NCBI GenBank assembly: GCA_950054255.1
Contig: CATLOR010000001.1
Span: forward strand, 583,589-647,588
Origin: an uncultured Rickettsiales bacterium
GTDB lineage: Bacteria > Pseudomonadota > Alphaproteobacteria > Micavibrionales > GCA-2720935
Reading direction: 5' to 3'
Length of the DNA: 64,000 nt
Position numbers and translations under genes: made by a program. Positions 1 through 8,895 of this stretch are shown in pieces (position 1 is the stretch's first letter; each line of letters opens with the position of its first letter). The notes beneath the pieces are model-generated. The model was not told where the DNA came from. It saw nothing but the letters and a program-made list of their open reading frames with translations, and made no database searches.

Positions 1-313
1 CTGTTTGTGCAGGTGAAATATTTTGACCTTGAGGAATAAAGGTTACAAATCCTTCATCTTGTAAGTTTTGAATTAAGTGGTTAAATTCTGGATTGCGCGC
101 ACTTAATGTTTCAACCGCTGTTGGGTTTGATAGAGCCGATTGTAGTCCTGACACATTATTACCAGGCTCTAGCATAGCAAGTAATTGGCCTGCAAAGCTC
201 ATTTCATTATTAGGATTTTCAGAAATCGATGCACCAGCATTCGCATGCGCTTTTAAAGACGCAGCAATTGATGCGATATCAGAAGTTCCTAACTGGTTTA
301 TAAATTGTGTCAT
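1..313 (-). CDS. Partial CDS (N-terminal ~104 codons, continues off the left edge). Hypothetical, probably a member of the flagellar regulon.
   Basis: It is absent from the ORF track because it has no in-window stop. The reverse complement of 311-313 is ATG, and the frame stays open to base 1 (MTQFINQLGTSDIASIAASLKAHANAGASISENPNNEMSFAGQLLAMLEPGNN...). A near-consensus sigma-54 box lies about 40 nt upstream, and flagellar genes are adjacent. Confidence 0.45.
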   Translation of the reverse strand, partial: MTQFINQLGTSDIASIAASLKAHANAGASISENPNNEMSFAGQLLAMLEPGNNVSGLQSALSNPTAVETLSARNPEFNHLIQNLQDEGFVTFIPQGQNISPAQT

Positions 314-355
314 TTTACATTTCCTTACGAATTAAAAATTCTCACAGATAGTCTT

Positions 356-371
356 TGCACAAGGCGTGCCA
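356..371 (-). promoter_or_regulatory. Candidate sigma-54 (-24/-12) promoter
   Basis: The minus strand reads TGGCACGCCTTGTGCA. GG and GC are spaced as in the TGGCACG-N4-TTGC consensus, with one mismatch in the TTGC element. It lies upstream of the ATG at 313. Confidence 0.45.
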
Positions 372-501
372 ATTTTTAAGCTATTGATTTTAAATGATAA
401 CTTTTGATTTTTCAGGGTTGTGCAATAATTACCTATGTATGTTTTGCACAGTTTTAAAAAAAGAATTGGGTAAATTTTTCCCTGTGGTAATCACGGCCAA
501 G

Positions 502-531
502 AAAAAAGAAGCGTCTTAAAAAAAACGCTTC
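502..531 (-). terminator. Rho-independent terminator closing the flgI operon
   Basis: Stem GAAGCGT (508-514) pairs with ACGCTTC (525-531). On the minus strand the hairpin is followed by a T-run (plus-strand A-run 502-507). It sits just downstream of the stop at 563. Confidence 0.6.
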
Positions 532-562
532 TTTAGAGGTTTAGGGATGAATAGGGTTTTCT

Positions 563-1012
563 TTAGAGTGTTTCATTCACACTCATATAAACAGGGCGTG
601 TTGTTGCTTGTTTTTGCATCAAGCCATTTTGAGTATAACTTAGGCTTTTCTCTTGTAAGACTTGTTTAGCAACTGAAATCACACGCTCGGACAAGCGCCT
701 TGTTGTATATCCTGCGCGTTCTAAGGCGTTTTTGTTCTCTTCTATAGCGTGATCAAAAGAGGCTTTTTCTTTTTTAAAAATATCTTTTATAGATCCCGAC
801 GTCGCTTTAAGGCGTTCTTGGAAGGGCATGAGTTGCTGAATGGCTGATTGATAGCGCTCAAGAGCTGTTTTCTTTTTATCAGATAAGTCAGCGACCTCGG
901 TGAAACGGGCTTCTTTCAAGGCAGATGTTTCAGCTTCTATAACAGTTCGAAATGCTTTGGTTGCATCAAGTGTTTCTTTTACAAAATATTGAAATTGTGC
1001 TTGTGTTGTCAT
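563..1012 (-). CDS. FlgN/FlbY-like flagellar protein (helical, 149 aa)
   Basis: It is the last gene of the flgI / rod-binding-protein operon, with a 2-nt gap to the upstream gene. The sequence is helical and charged, with no enzymatic motifs. Its position matches the third gene of alphaproteobacterial flgI-cheL-flbY operons. The assignment is positional only. Confidence 0.4.
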   Translation of the reverse strand: MTTQAQFQYFVKETLDATKAFRTVIEAETSALKEARFTEVADLSDKKKTALERYQSAIQQLMPFQERLKATSGSIKDIFKKEKASFDHAIEENKNALERAGYTTRRLSERVISVAKQVLQEKSLSYTQNGLMQKQATTRPVYMSVNETL

Positions 1013-1014
1013 TC

Positions 1015-1353
1015 TTAAGATCCTTCTTGCATCATAATCATTTGTCTATGAATTTCATCAGATAAGCCAATACCGCCACGTTCGGTCATCAGGTTACCAT
1101 ATTCTTCAACCATAAAGCTTTGGAACATTTTCTCTTGGCTACCGCCACCAAAATACCCATCGGATTCTATGCCATTAAACATTTGCCCTAGCATTTGTGT
1201 AATGAACATCGATTCAAACTTCTTGGCAGCTTCTAATGCTTTTGTTCGGTCAGAGCCTTGGATCTCACCTTGTAAAGCATCCAAACTTTGGCGTGTTTGA
1301 TGTGCTTGTAATGTGCTTGTTGCGTGGTTTACTGTGTTTGTAATATCCATCAT
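1015..1353 (-). CDS. Flagellar rod-binding protein (FlgJ N-terminal domain / CheL-like)
   Basis: It is 112 aa. The central motif AAKKFESMFITQMLGQMF is typical of the rod-binding domain of FlgJ. It lies immediately downstream of flgI. Confidence 0.7.
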   Translation of the reverse strand: MMDITNTVNHATSTLQAHQTRQSLDALQGEIQGSDRTKALEAAKKFESMFITQMLGQMFNGIESDGYFGGGSQEKMFQSFMVEEYGNLMTERGGIGLSDEIHRQMIMMQEGS

Positions 1354-1368
1354 GATTGCTCAAACCTT

Positions 1369-2502
1369 TTAAAAGAGTTGAATTTCAGCTTGAAGAGCAC
1401 CAGCAGCTTTGATTGATTGTAAGATACTAATCATATCACGTGGGCCAACACCTAAGGCATTAAGAGAAGATACAAGCTCTTCTAAAGAAATGCCTTCTTC
1501 TAAGATTGCGAGTTTTTTATTGCGTTCATCATCAACACCAACATTGCTTTGTTCAACAATCGCAGTATCACCTGTTTGAGAGAAAGGCTGTGGTTGAGAA
1601 ACAAGCGGTGTGTCTGTAACGCGAATTGTTAAGTTTCCTTGTGCAATTGCAACCGTGCTAATTTTTACATCTTGTCCCATTACAATGATTCCAGAGCTTT
1701 GATCAATAACCACTTTGGCAATTTGATCTGGGGTCACGCGAAGTTGTTCGAGATCACTAATCATATTAAAGATTGTGCCTTCAAGCTCAGGTGTCCTTTT
1801 CAAGACGACGGTTCCTGGGTCTGTCGCTTCAGCAATTGGAATTTTGAAATATCCATTCACAACACCCTCAATACGACGTGCTGTTGTAAAATCGGGATTA
1901 CGAAGAGAGAGGCGCACTGTTTGTAATTCTTCTAGTGAGAAATCAATTTCACGCTCGATAATCGCACCGCCAGCAATACGGGCTTGTGTTGGAATGTTTT
2001 GAACGATTGAATCGCCTTCACCACCAGCCGTAAAACCAGAGGAAGAAATAGGGCCTTGTGCAACGGCGTAGACTTCACCATCTGCACCTAATAAAGGCGT
2101 CACAATCAAGGTACCGCCTTGTAAACTAACAGCATCTCCTAATGCAGAGATGGAAGCATCTATTGTAGAGCCTTGATTGGAGAAAGGAGGGAGTTTTGCG
2201 GTCACCATAACGGCGGCGATATTATTTGTTTTAAGGTTTTGATCTCGAACACTGACGCCCATGCGATCTAACATTGAAACTAAGCTTTGTTGCGTGAAAG
2301 GGGTGTTTGATAAATTATCACCGGTGCCATTTAAGCCAACAACCAAACCATATCCAACAAGTAAGTTATCTCTAACACCTTCGAATTCGACAATATCTTT
2401 GATACGAACAGTACCAGCTTCGGCAGAAGTTGGAATAAGTGTGATGCATACTGCGACGGTGAGTATTGCTGCTAGGGCTGTGTGTATAATTCTTATTATC
2501 AT
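1369..2502 (-). CDS. flgI: Flagellar P-ring protein FlgI
   Basis: It is 377 aa with a signal peptide. Hallmark FlgI segments are RIKDI..FEGVRDN.LVGYGLVVGLNGTGD, the ISTVAIAQGNLTI block, and the C-terminal LNALGVGPRDMISILQSIKAAGALQAEI. Confidence 0.95.
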   Translation of the reverse strand: MIIRIIHTALAAILTVAVCITLIPTSAEAGTVRIKDIVEFEGVRDNLLVGYGLVVGLNGTGDNLSNTPFTQQSLVSMLDRMGVSVRDQNLKTNNIAAVMVTAKLPPFSNQGSTIDASISALGDAVSLQGGTLIVTPLLGADGEVYAVAQGPISSSGFTAGGEGDSIVQNIPTQARIAGGAIIEREIDFSLEELQTVRLSLRNPDFTTARRIEGVVNGYFKIPIAEATDPGTVVLKRTPELEGTIFNMISDLEQLRVTPDQIAKVVIDQSSGIIVMGQDVKISTVAIAQGNLTIRVTDTPLVSQPQPFSQTGDTAIVEQSNVGVDDERNKKLAILEEGISLEELVSSLNALGVGPRDMISILQSIKAAGALQAEIQLF

Positions 2503-2570
2503 TTTAAACCACCTTATTTGTTTTTTAAGCGCTTCATGACGCTTTAAATTTTATCTCACCAGTTACAGAT

Positions 2571-2586
2571 ACAAAGAACGTGCCAA
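2571..2586 (-). promoter_or_regulatory. Candidate sigma-54 promoter upstream of flgI
   Basis: The minus strand reads TTGGCACGTTCTTTGT. The -24 TGGCAC is perfect. The -12 element is TTGT rather than TTGC. It lies about 70 nt upstream of the flgI start. Confidence 0.35.
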
Positions 2587-2767
2587 ATGCTAATATACTG
2601 ATTTAAAATAATTTTATAAGGGCTTAACTAGGTAAATATCACCATATGCATAGAGCGCATAGTGATGTAGGAAATATTTTCCGAGTGCAAAGCTCTATAA
2701 AAACACTATATTATGTTTACATGTGATTCTAAAATCATGTGAAAAAAGAATAAAAAGTGGAAGTAAC

Positions 2768-3208
2768 ATGGAAATTAAAGGCCCAAAAGGTCCTTCTAAA
2801 ACAGAGAAGACAGATAAAAGTAAAGGTGCTAAAAAGAGCACAGGTGCTGGTGCTGCGTTTCAATCTTTTTTAGAAAGCGGTGATGATAAGATTGAAGCTC
2901 AAGGCTCATTATCGTCAATGGCAGGAACGGCACCGCTTGACGCTATTCTTTCTTTGCAAGGGATTGATGCAGATGAATCACGCAAGCAAGCACATGCACG
3001 TGCGGCTCAAAAAGGCTTTGATATGCTCTCGATTTTAGATGATATCCAAATGGGTATTTTGATGGGAGAGATCTCGGGAAGTCGTTTGATAGCCTTACAA
3101 AGATTAATAGAAGAACAACGTGACTCAATCGATGATCCTAATCTGCAAGATGTGCTAGATGATATTGAATTACGTGCAGCGATTGAACTTGCAAAGTTAG
3201 AACGTTAA
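2768..3208 (+). CDS. fliX: Flagellar assembly regulator FliX
   Basis: It is divergent from flgI, as in Caulobacter. The N-terminus is low-complexity and basic. The C-terminal DPNLQDVLDDIELRAAIELAKLE matches my memory of the conserved FliX C-terminus. The ATG at 2768 is preferred over the GTG at 2723. Confidence 0.65.
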   Translation: MEIKGPKGPSKTEKTDKSKGAKKSTGAGAAFQSFLESGDDKIEAQGSLSSMAGTAPLDAILSLQGIDADESRKQAHARAAQKGFDMLSILDDIQMGILMGEISGSRLIALQRLIEEQRDSIDDPNLQDVLDDIELRAAIELAKLER

Positions 3209-3307
3209 CTTTTTTCAACAAGCAATATTGTCTTTTTCCCAAATATACCTATAATTTATCGTACTTTGATTAAAAAAGTGATTCGACCCTCTTATAAGGA
3301 GACTACT

Positions 3308-3724
3308 ATGCCCGTAACAGTACCTAATGATTATAAGCCAACTGACGAAGAAGAATTTATGAATCCAGTCATGTTGGAATATTTCCGTCATAAATTGATT
3401 GAGTGGCGTGAGGATTTACTCCGTGAATCTGGTGATACAATTAAAGAACTCCAAGAGCAGAATTTACAACAGCCGGATATCACAGATCGTGCCTCTGCTG
3501 AAACAGACCATAGATTAGAATTACGCGCGCGTGATCGCGAAAGAAAGCTGATTTCTAAAATAAATAAAGCCTTGCGCAAAATTGAAGAAGGCGAATATGG
3601 TTATTGTGAAGAAACTGGTGAAGAAATTGCGGTGGCTCGTTTAGATGCCCGTCCAATTGCACAATACACAATCGAAGCGCAAGAACGTCACGAACGCAAA
3701 GAAAAAGTCTCTCGCGACGAGTAA
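3308..3724 (+). CDS. dksA: RNA polymerase-binding transcription factor DksA
   Basis: It carries a coiled-coil with the DxxDxA tip (ITDRASAETD) and a C-terminal segment GEYGYCEETGEEI. AGGAG lies 7 nt before the ATG at 3308, so the TTG at 3266 is less likely as the start. Confidence 0.9.
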   Translation: MPVTVPNDYKPTDEEEFMNPVMLEYFRHKLIEWREDLLRESGDTIKELQEQNLQQPDITDRASAETDHRLELRARDRERKLISKINKALRKIEEGEYGYCEETGEEIAVARLDARPIAQYTIEAQERHERKEKVSRDE

Positions 3725-3745
3725 TGTGATATTAGAAATAGATTT

Positions 3746-3778
3746 AAAAAAAAGCGCCCCTGTGAGGCGCTTTTTTTA
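3746..3778. terminator. Bidirectional rho-independent terminator between convergent dksA and typA
   Basis: AGCGCC (3753-3758) pairs with GGCGCT (3766-3771) around a 7-nt loop. An A-run lies on the left and a T-run on the right. Confidence 0.75.
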
Positions 3779-3781
3779 TTT

Positions 3782-5602
3782 TTAAGCAGAAGCTTGTTTC
3801 TTCTCAGCTTTCTTACGCTCATTTGGATCAAGATAGACTTTTCTGAGGCGGATTGACTCAGGTGTGACCTCAACCATTTCATCATTATTGATGTAAGAGA
3901 TCGCTTTTTCTAATGTCATTTTCATTGGTGGAGTTAGTGCTACCGCTTCATCTTTACCGCTAGCACGCATATTTGTCAGCTTTTTGCCTTTTAAAACATT
4001 TACTTCCAAATCATTTTCACGTGAATGTTCACCAATAATCATGCCTTCATAGACTTTTTGACCTGAGGTAATGATCATTTTTCCACGATCTTCAAGGTTG
4101 AAAAGGGCGTAAGCAACTGCCTCGCCTGGGCTCATAGAAATAAGAACACCGTTACGACGACCAGGAACAGGGCCTTTGTACGGCGCATATTCATGGAAAA
4201 CGCGGTTCATGACACCTGTACCACGTGTATCTGTTAAGAACTCACCGTGATACCCAATAAGGCCGCGTGTTGGTGCGTAAAATACAAGGCGTTGTTTACC
4301 AGCGCCAGCTGATTTCATTTCAATCATCTCACCTTTACGCTCAGAGATTTTTTGAACAACAGCACCGCTATATTCTTCATCAACGTCAACAACGACTTCT
4401 TCAATAGGTTCTAATTTTTGACCGTTTTCTTCCTTAAAGACAACTTCTGGTTTTGAAATACATAGTTCAAATCCTTCACGGCGCATATTTTCAATTAAAA
4501 CAGCAAGTTGTAATTCACCACGACCAGAGACTTTGAAACTATCACGGTCTTCTGTTTCTTCGATACGTAGTGCCACATTGCCTTCTGCTTCTTTGAAGAG
4601 GCGGTCACGGATTACACGTGATGTAACTTTATCACCTTCTGTTCCCGCCAAAGGTCCATCATTAATGCGGAATGTCATTGTGAGTGTTGGTGGATCAATC
4701 GGTTGTGCTTCCATAGATGTTGTCACCTCGGGTGCACAGATCGTATCAGCAACTGTTGCTTTTGTAAGGCCGGCGATCGCAACGATATCACCTGCTTCAC
4801 CTTTTTCGATAGGCATGCGCTCCAATCCTCTAAAAGCAAGGATCTTTGCAGCGCGGCCTTGTTCAACCATTTCACCTTTAAGGTTGAGTGCTTTAATAGC
4901 CATATTGGGTGTTAATGTACCACTTTGGATGCGGCCTGTTAGGATGCGACCTAAGTAAGGGTCACTTTCAATCAAAACAGAGAGCATAGAAAATGGTGCG
5001 TCTTTTTCAACATCTGGGCTTGGGACATGCTCTAAAATCATATCAAGCATAGGTGTCAGTGTCGCATCAGCTGGTTTTTCAGGTTCACTATGAGCCCACC
5101 CATTTATACCAGATGCATATAAAACAGGAAAATCTAATTGATCATCATTCGCATCCAGAGCGACAAATAGATCAAAAATTTCATCTAAAACTTCGTCAGC
5201 ACGCGCAGCTGGCTTATCAATTTTATTGATAATAACCATTGGCTTTAATCCTTGCTTTAGGGCCTTTGCTAATACGAATTTTGTTTGTGGCATTGGACCT
5301 TCTGCTGCATCAACAAGAAGGGCAACACCGTCAACCATGTGTAAAATACGCTCAACCTCTGCGCCGAAATCTGCGTGACCTGGTGTATCAACAATATTGA
5401 TACGTGTGTCTTTCCAAACAATTGATGTGGCTTTGGCTAGAATGGTAATACCGCGTTCGCGTTCTAGGTCGTTACTATCCATCATACGTTCTGATGTGGA
5501 TTGGTTTGCTCTAAATGTTCCAGACTGTTTGAGGAGTTCATCAACAAGTGTTGTTTTACCGTGGTCAACGTGCGCGATAATCGCAATATTTCTTAAATCC
5601 AT
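3782..5602 (-). CDS. typA: Translational GTPase TypA/BipA
   Basis: It is 606 aa with G-motifs AHVDHGKTT, DTPGH and NKID. It has an EF-G-like domain order without domain IV and a BipA-specific C-terminus. Confidence 0.95.
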   Translation of the reverse strand: MDLRNIAIIAHVDHGKTTLVDELLKQSGTFRANQSTSERMMDSNDLERERGITILAKATSIVWKDTRINIVDTPGHADFGAEVERILHMVDGVALLVDAAEGPMPQTKFVLAKALKQGLKPMVIINKIDKPAARADEVLDEIFDLFVALDANDDQLDFPVLYASGINGWAHSEPEKPADATLTPMLDMILEHVPSPDVEKDAPFSMLSVLIESDPYLGRILTGRIQSGTLTPNMAIKALNLKGEMVEQGRAAKILAFRGLERMPIEKGEAGDIVAIAGLTKATVADTICAPEVTTSMEAQPIDPPTLTMTFRINDGPLAGTEGDKVTSRVIRDRLFKEAEGNVALRIEETEDRDSFKVSGRGELQLAVLIENMRREGFELCISKPEVVFKEENGQKLEPIEEVVVDVDEEYSGAVVQKISERKGEMIEMKSAGAGKQRLVFYAPTRGLIGYHGEFLTDTRGTGVMNRVFHEYAPYKGPVPGRRNGVLISMSPGEAVAYALFNLEDRGKMIITSGQKVYEGMIIGEHSRENDLEVNVLKGKKLTNMRASGKDEAVALTPPMKMTLEKAISYINNDEMVEVTPESIRLRKVYLDPNERKKAEKKQASA

Positions 5603-5704
5603 AGGATGGGGTCACTTTCTTCGTTAAAGAGGCATCTTAATTTAGGCGCACTATGACGAAAAAAGCAAAAAAAAGCAAGGTAAATCACATCATGGGAGGA
5701 TGGT

Positions 5705-6139
5705 TTAAGCGTATTTTGATAAGTTTTCACGTATAAAGGACGGAATTGGCGCTGCGCGGCGTTCTTTTTTATCAAAATAGACCGTGACACATTCACAAAG
5801 AGCACAGCATGTATCTTGTATAAAAAGACCACTTATTAGCTGCATAGAGCTATTACCAATCTTGGTTACAAGCGTTCCAATTTCAATATCTTGGTTCAGG
5901 CGTAATTCTTTTAAGAAACTAATATTGAGTTGTACGACGGCGGCGTCATAGCGTGGATCACTACCATCCATAGATCCTTTTATTTCAGCTAAAAGGCCAA
6001 CGCGTGCACTTTCGAAGTAAGTTGCATAAGCGGCATTATTAGCATGTCCAACAGGATCAAGGTCACCATAGCGAACATGTTCTTTAGACCAATGTTTATA
6101 AGAATCTCTTTTAGAAAATATATCTAAATCGATAGCCAT
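5705..6139 (-). CDS. Acyl-CoA thioesterase, 4HBT/YbgC-like hotdog fold
   Basis: It is 144 aa. The N-terminal VRYGDLDPVGHANNAAYATYFESAR motif is typical of the 4-hydroxybenzoyl-CoA thioesterase family. Confidence 0.75.
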   Translation of the reverse strand: MAIDLDIFSKRDSYKHWSKEHVRYGDLDPVGHANNAAYATYFESARVGLLAEIKGSMDGSDPRYDAAVVQLNISFLKELRLNQDIEIGTLVTKIGNSSMQLISGLFIQDTCCALCECVTVYFDKKERRAAPIPSFIRENLSKYA

Positions 6140-6144
6140 ATAGC

Positions 6145-6684
6145 TTACTTATTTGTATCAGGAGATAAAACCATCATCATTTGACGGCCTTCAAGTTTTG
6201 GCTGAAGATCAACTTTAGCCACTTCTTTTGTTTCTTCTTTGATACGTTCTAGAACGCGCATTCCAAATTCTTGGTGTGCCATTTCACGGCCTCTAAAGCG
6301 CATTGTGACTTTAACTTTGTTTTCTTTTTCAATGAATTCAAAAACTTTACGCATTTTTGTTTGGTAATCATGTTCTTCAATACCAGGGCGGAGTTTGATT
6401 TCTTTTGTTTCAACGACTTTTTGTTTTTTCTTGGCTTCTTGAGCTTTCTTTTGTTGCTCATATTTGTATTTGCCGTAGTCAAGAATCTTACAAACAGGTG
6501 GTTTAGCATTCGGAGATACTTCAACAAGATCTAAGCCAGCATCTTTGGCACGTCTAATTGCCTCTGCTGTTTTAATAACACCAACCATCTCTCCATTTTC
6601 ATCAACAAGTCTGACTTCATCAATCCGAATATTATCATTAATACGTGTTTCATCTTCTCTACGTTTTTGGAAAGGGGGTCTCAC
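6145..6684 (-). CDS. infC: Translation initiation factor IF-3
   Basis: It carries [21 protein letters not shown], the lysine-rich linker, and the C-domain [15 protein letters not shown]. It uses a non-ATG start (GTG at 6682-6684), as is usual for infC. Confidence 0.95.
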   Translation of the reverse strand: MRPPFQKRREDETRINDNIRIDEVRLVDENGEMVGVIKTAEAIRRAKDAGLDLVEVSPNAKPPVCKILDYGKYKYEQQKKAQEAKKKQKVVETKEIKLRPGIEEHDYQTKMRKVFEFIEKENKVKVTMRFRGREMAHQEFGMRVLERIKEETKEVAKVDLQPKLEGRQMMMVLSPDTNK

Positions 6685-6917
6685 TGTGTTTTCTTCTCCT
6701 CGTTAAATTAAAAAATGAGTGTCTATCTCTTTCATAAGCACTCAATACAAGACACCATAATAGTTGCTAATTCTAAAGATTCAAGTGAATTCGCGCGTTA
6801 TTGTTTTTGTTTTACTCGGATCTTTACAAGTGAGGGAAAGTATTTTAAAAACAAAGAGTCGTGATTTAGCTGTGCGCTCGATCATATTTACATTCAATAA
6901 TCTATTAGGAAAATATC

Positions 6918-7376
6918 ATGGAAATAGAAAAAGTACTTATTGGCAAATCAGCGTCTGTAAGCATTCAAAAGGACGCGTTAGTATCAGAGGGGTTAGCAAT
7001 ACTTCAAGAGCATCGTGTTCGTAAAATTGTTGTCTTAGATGGCGACAAGTTTGTTGGTTTCTTTTCATTAAAAGGCATTATTCGTAACCTATTGCCGAAA
7101 GCGTTGACATTGTTAGAAGAAATTCCAGATATGGAATTTATTCATGGTGATGAAGCTGATGTGATTGAGCGTTTAGGTGATTTGGGAAATTCTTCATTAG
7201 CAGATGTTGTGATTGAACCGCCTGTTTTTGTAACAAATGAAACAGATTTGACGGAGATCCTAAGACATTTATATGTGCATGATAGCCCACTTCCTGTGAT
7301 TGATAAAACAACACGCGGATTTTTAGGACTGGTTACAGCGCAATCAATGCTTGAATATTTAAGCACACGCATGTAA
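6918..7376 (+). CDS. CBS-domain pair protein
   Basis: It is 152 aa with two CBS-like repeats (HRVRKIVVLDGDKFVGFFSLKGII and SPLPVIDKTTRGFLGLVTAQSML). Confidence 0.8.
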   Translation: MEIEKVLIGKSASVSIQKDALVSEGLAILQEHRVRKIVVLDGDKFVGFFSLKGIIRNLLPKALTLLEEIPDMEFIHGDEADVIERLGDLGNSSLADVVIEPPVFVTNETDLTEILRHLYVHDSPLPVIDKTTRGFLGLVTAQSMLEYLSTRM

Positions 7377-7424
7377 TAACTACGTAAATTTATTTAGAAA
7401 AACTAAAATAAGAGGTTTATAAAA

Positions 7425-8780
7425 ATGGTTCATGGTTCAGATACTTCTGGGTTTGTACAGAATGTACTTTTTGGGTGGGATCCTTTGATTGTTTCAACAG
7501 CAATCTTAGTGTTCGCCTATTTCTTTATTATCACAGAAAAAATTAACCGCGCGGCAATTGCTCTTGTCGGTGGCGGTTTGATGATTTTCTTTGGGATTTT
7601 AAACCAACAACTAGCAATTCAAGGAATTGACTTTAATACGATTTTCCTACTCATCGGGATGATGGCAATTGTTGGTGTTACGAAAAAATCGGGTGTTTTC
7701 CAATATGTTGCGATTAAATCTGCAAAAATTGTTAAAGGTTCTCCCAGACAATTACTTGTTGTGCTTGGTTTGGTAACGGCTGTTCTATCAGCTTTGCTTG
7801 ATAATGTTACAACAGTAATGTTGATTGTTCCTGTAACATTATTGCTAACAGATCAATTAAAACAGAATGCATATCCATTCTTATTCTCTCAGATTTTTGC
7901 ATCAAATATTGGTGGTATGGCAACTTTGATTGGTGATCCGCCAAATATCTTGATTGGATCGGCTGTTGGTTATTCATTTATGGATTTCGTTTATAATGTA
8001 GGCCCTGCCTCTGTTATTATTTTCATCATCACTACAGCCTTTTTTGATGTTCTTTGGGGGCGTAAAATGTCTGCGCCTGCTGAATTGCGTGAGAAGATTT
8101 TGGCGTTGAATGAAAATGAAGCGATCACAGATAAAACATTATTGTTTAAATCTCTTTTCACATTACTTCTTGTTTTGGCAGGCTTTATTGTTGGTCACGG
8201 TCACGGATTAGAGCCAGGAACAGTTGCTTTAACTGGGGCTGCTTTCTTAATGATTTTAGATGGTCTAGGACATGGTCCTGAAGAACAATCAAAGAAAGTC
8301 CACAGCGCTTTTGGGACTGTTGAATGGGAAACTATTTTCTTCTTCCTTGGTCTTTTTGTTATTGTTTACGGGGTTGAAGTTTCAGGTCTGTTAAAGATGA
8401 TGGCAGAAGAATTAATGGCGATCACAGAAGGTAATGTCGCGATGACAGGGATGTTGATCTTATGGTCCTCAGCTGTTTTATCAGCCATTGTTGATAATAT
8501 TCCATTTGTTGCGACAATGATTCCGATGATTAAAGCAATGGGACCTCAAATGGGTGGTGCTGAAGCATTAGATCCGTTCTGGTGGTGTTTATCTCTAGGG
8601 GGTTGCCTTGGGGGTAACGGTAGCTTGATCGGTGCGAGTGCGAATGTGATGGTTGCTGGAATGGCTGAGCGTGCTGGTAAGCGTATTGCGTTCATGCAAT
8701 TCTTTAAACTCGCATTCCCATTAATGCTTGTAACAATTGCGATTGCCTCTGTTTATGCATGGTTTGTCTTTTTAACCTAA
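7425..8780 (+). CDS. ArsB/NhaD-superfamily anion permease (YbiR-like)
   Basis: It is a 451-aa polytopic membrane protein. It has the duplicated motifs SALLDNVTT and SAIVDNIPF characteristic of this permease superfamily. Confidence 0.75.
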   Translation: MVHGSDTSGFVQNVLFGWDPLIVSTAILVFAYFFIITEKINRAAIALVGGGLMIFFGILNQQLAIQGIDFNTIFLLIGMMAIVGVTKKSGVFQYVAIKSAKIVKGSPRQLLVVLGLVTAVLSALLDNVTTVMLIVPVTLLLTDQLKQNAYPFLFSQIFASNIGGMATLIGDPPNILIGSAVGYSFMDFVYNVGPASVIIFIITTAFFDVLWGRKMSAPAELREKILALNENEAITDKTLLFKSLFTLLLVLAGFIVGHGHGLEPGTVALTGAAFLMILDGLGHGPEEQSKKVHSAFGTVEWETIFFFLGLFVIVYGVEVSGLLKMMAEELMAITEGNVAMTGMLILWSSAVLSAIVDNIPFVATMIPMIKAMGPQMGGAEALDPFWWCLSLGGCLGGNGSLIGASANVMVAGMAERAGKRIAFMQFFKLAFPLMLVTIAIASVYAWFVFLT

Positions 8781-8834
8781 GCAGATCAATAAAATCTTAA
8801 GATTTTATTGGCATTGTAGTACTATAAAAGAAAG

Positions 8835-8866
8835 AGGGCAGATTTCTTCTGCCCTTTCTCATTTTT
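8835..8866 (+). terminator. Rho-independent terminator after the permease gene
   Basis: GGGCAGA (8836-8842) pairs with TCTGCCC (8848-8854) around a 5-nt loop. It is followed by TTTCTCATTTTT. Confidence 0.65.
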
Positions 8867-8895
8867 AAAAAAAGATATTCAAGAAGGGATACTCC

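Noticed and set aside
93-335. Plus-strand ORF of 80 aa at the left edge
   Set aside because: It is antisense to a longer open frame on the minus strand (1-313). That frame has an ATG, a sigma-54-like promoter and flagellar neighbours. The plus-strand product has no recognisable features.
1639-2539. Three plus-strand ORFs (1639-1926, 1775-2002, 2261-2539)
   Set aside because: All lie antisense inside the well-supported flgI gene. Their translations are low-complexity and Cys/Ser-rich with no motifs.
6249-6534. ORFs 6249-6527 (minus) and 6271-6534 (plus) inside infC
   Set aside because: They are alternative-frame artefacts of the lysine-rich, A/T-rich linker of IF-3. infC itself is unambiguous.
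8787-8810. Perfect 24-nt palindrome CAATAAAATCTTAAGATTTTATTG just after the permease stop codon
   Set aside because: It is a real sequence feature but almost entirely A/T, and a conventional GC-rich terminator follows 25 nt later. I cannot distinguish an operator, a weak hairpin and chance in AT-rich DNA, so I did not call it as a feature.
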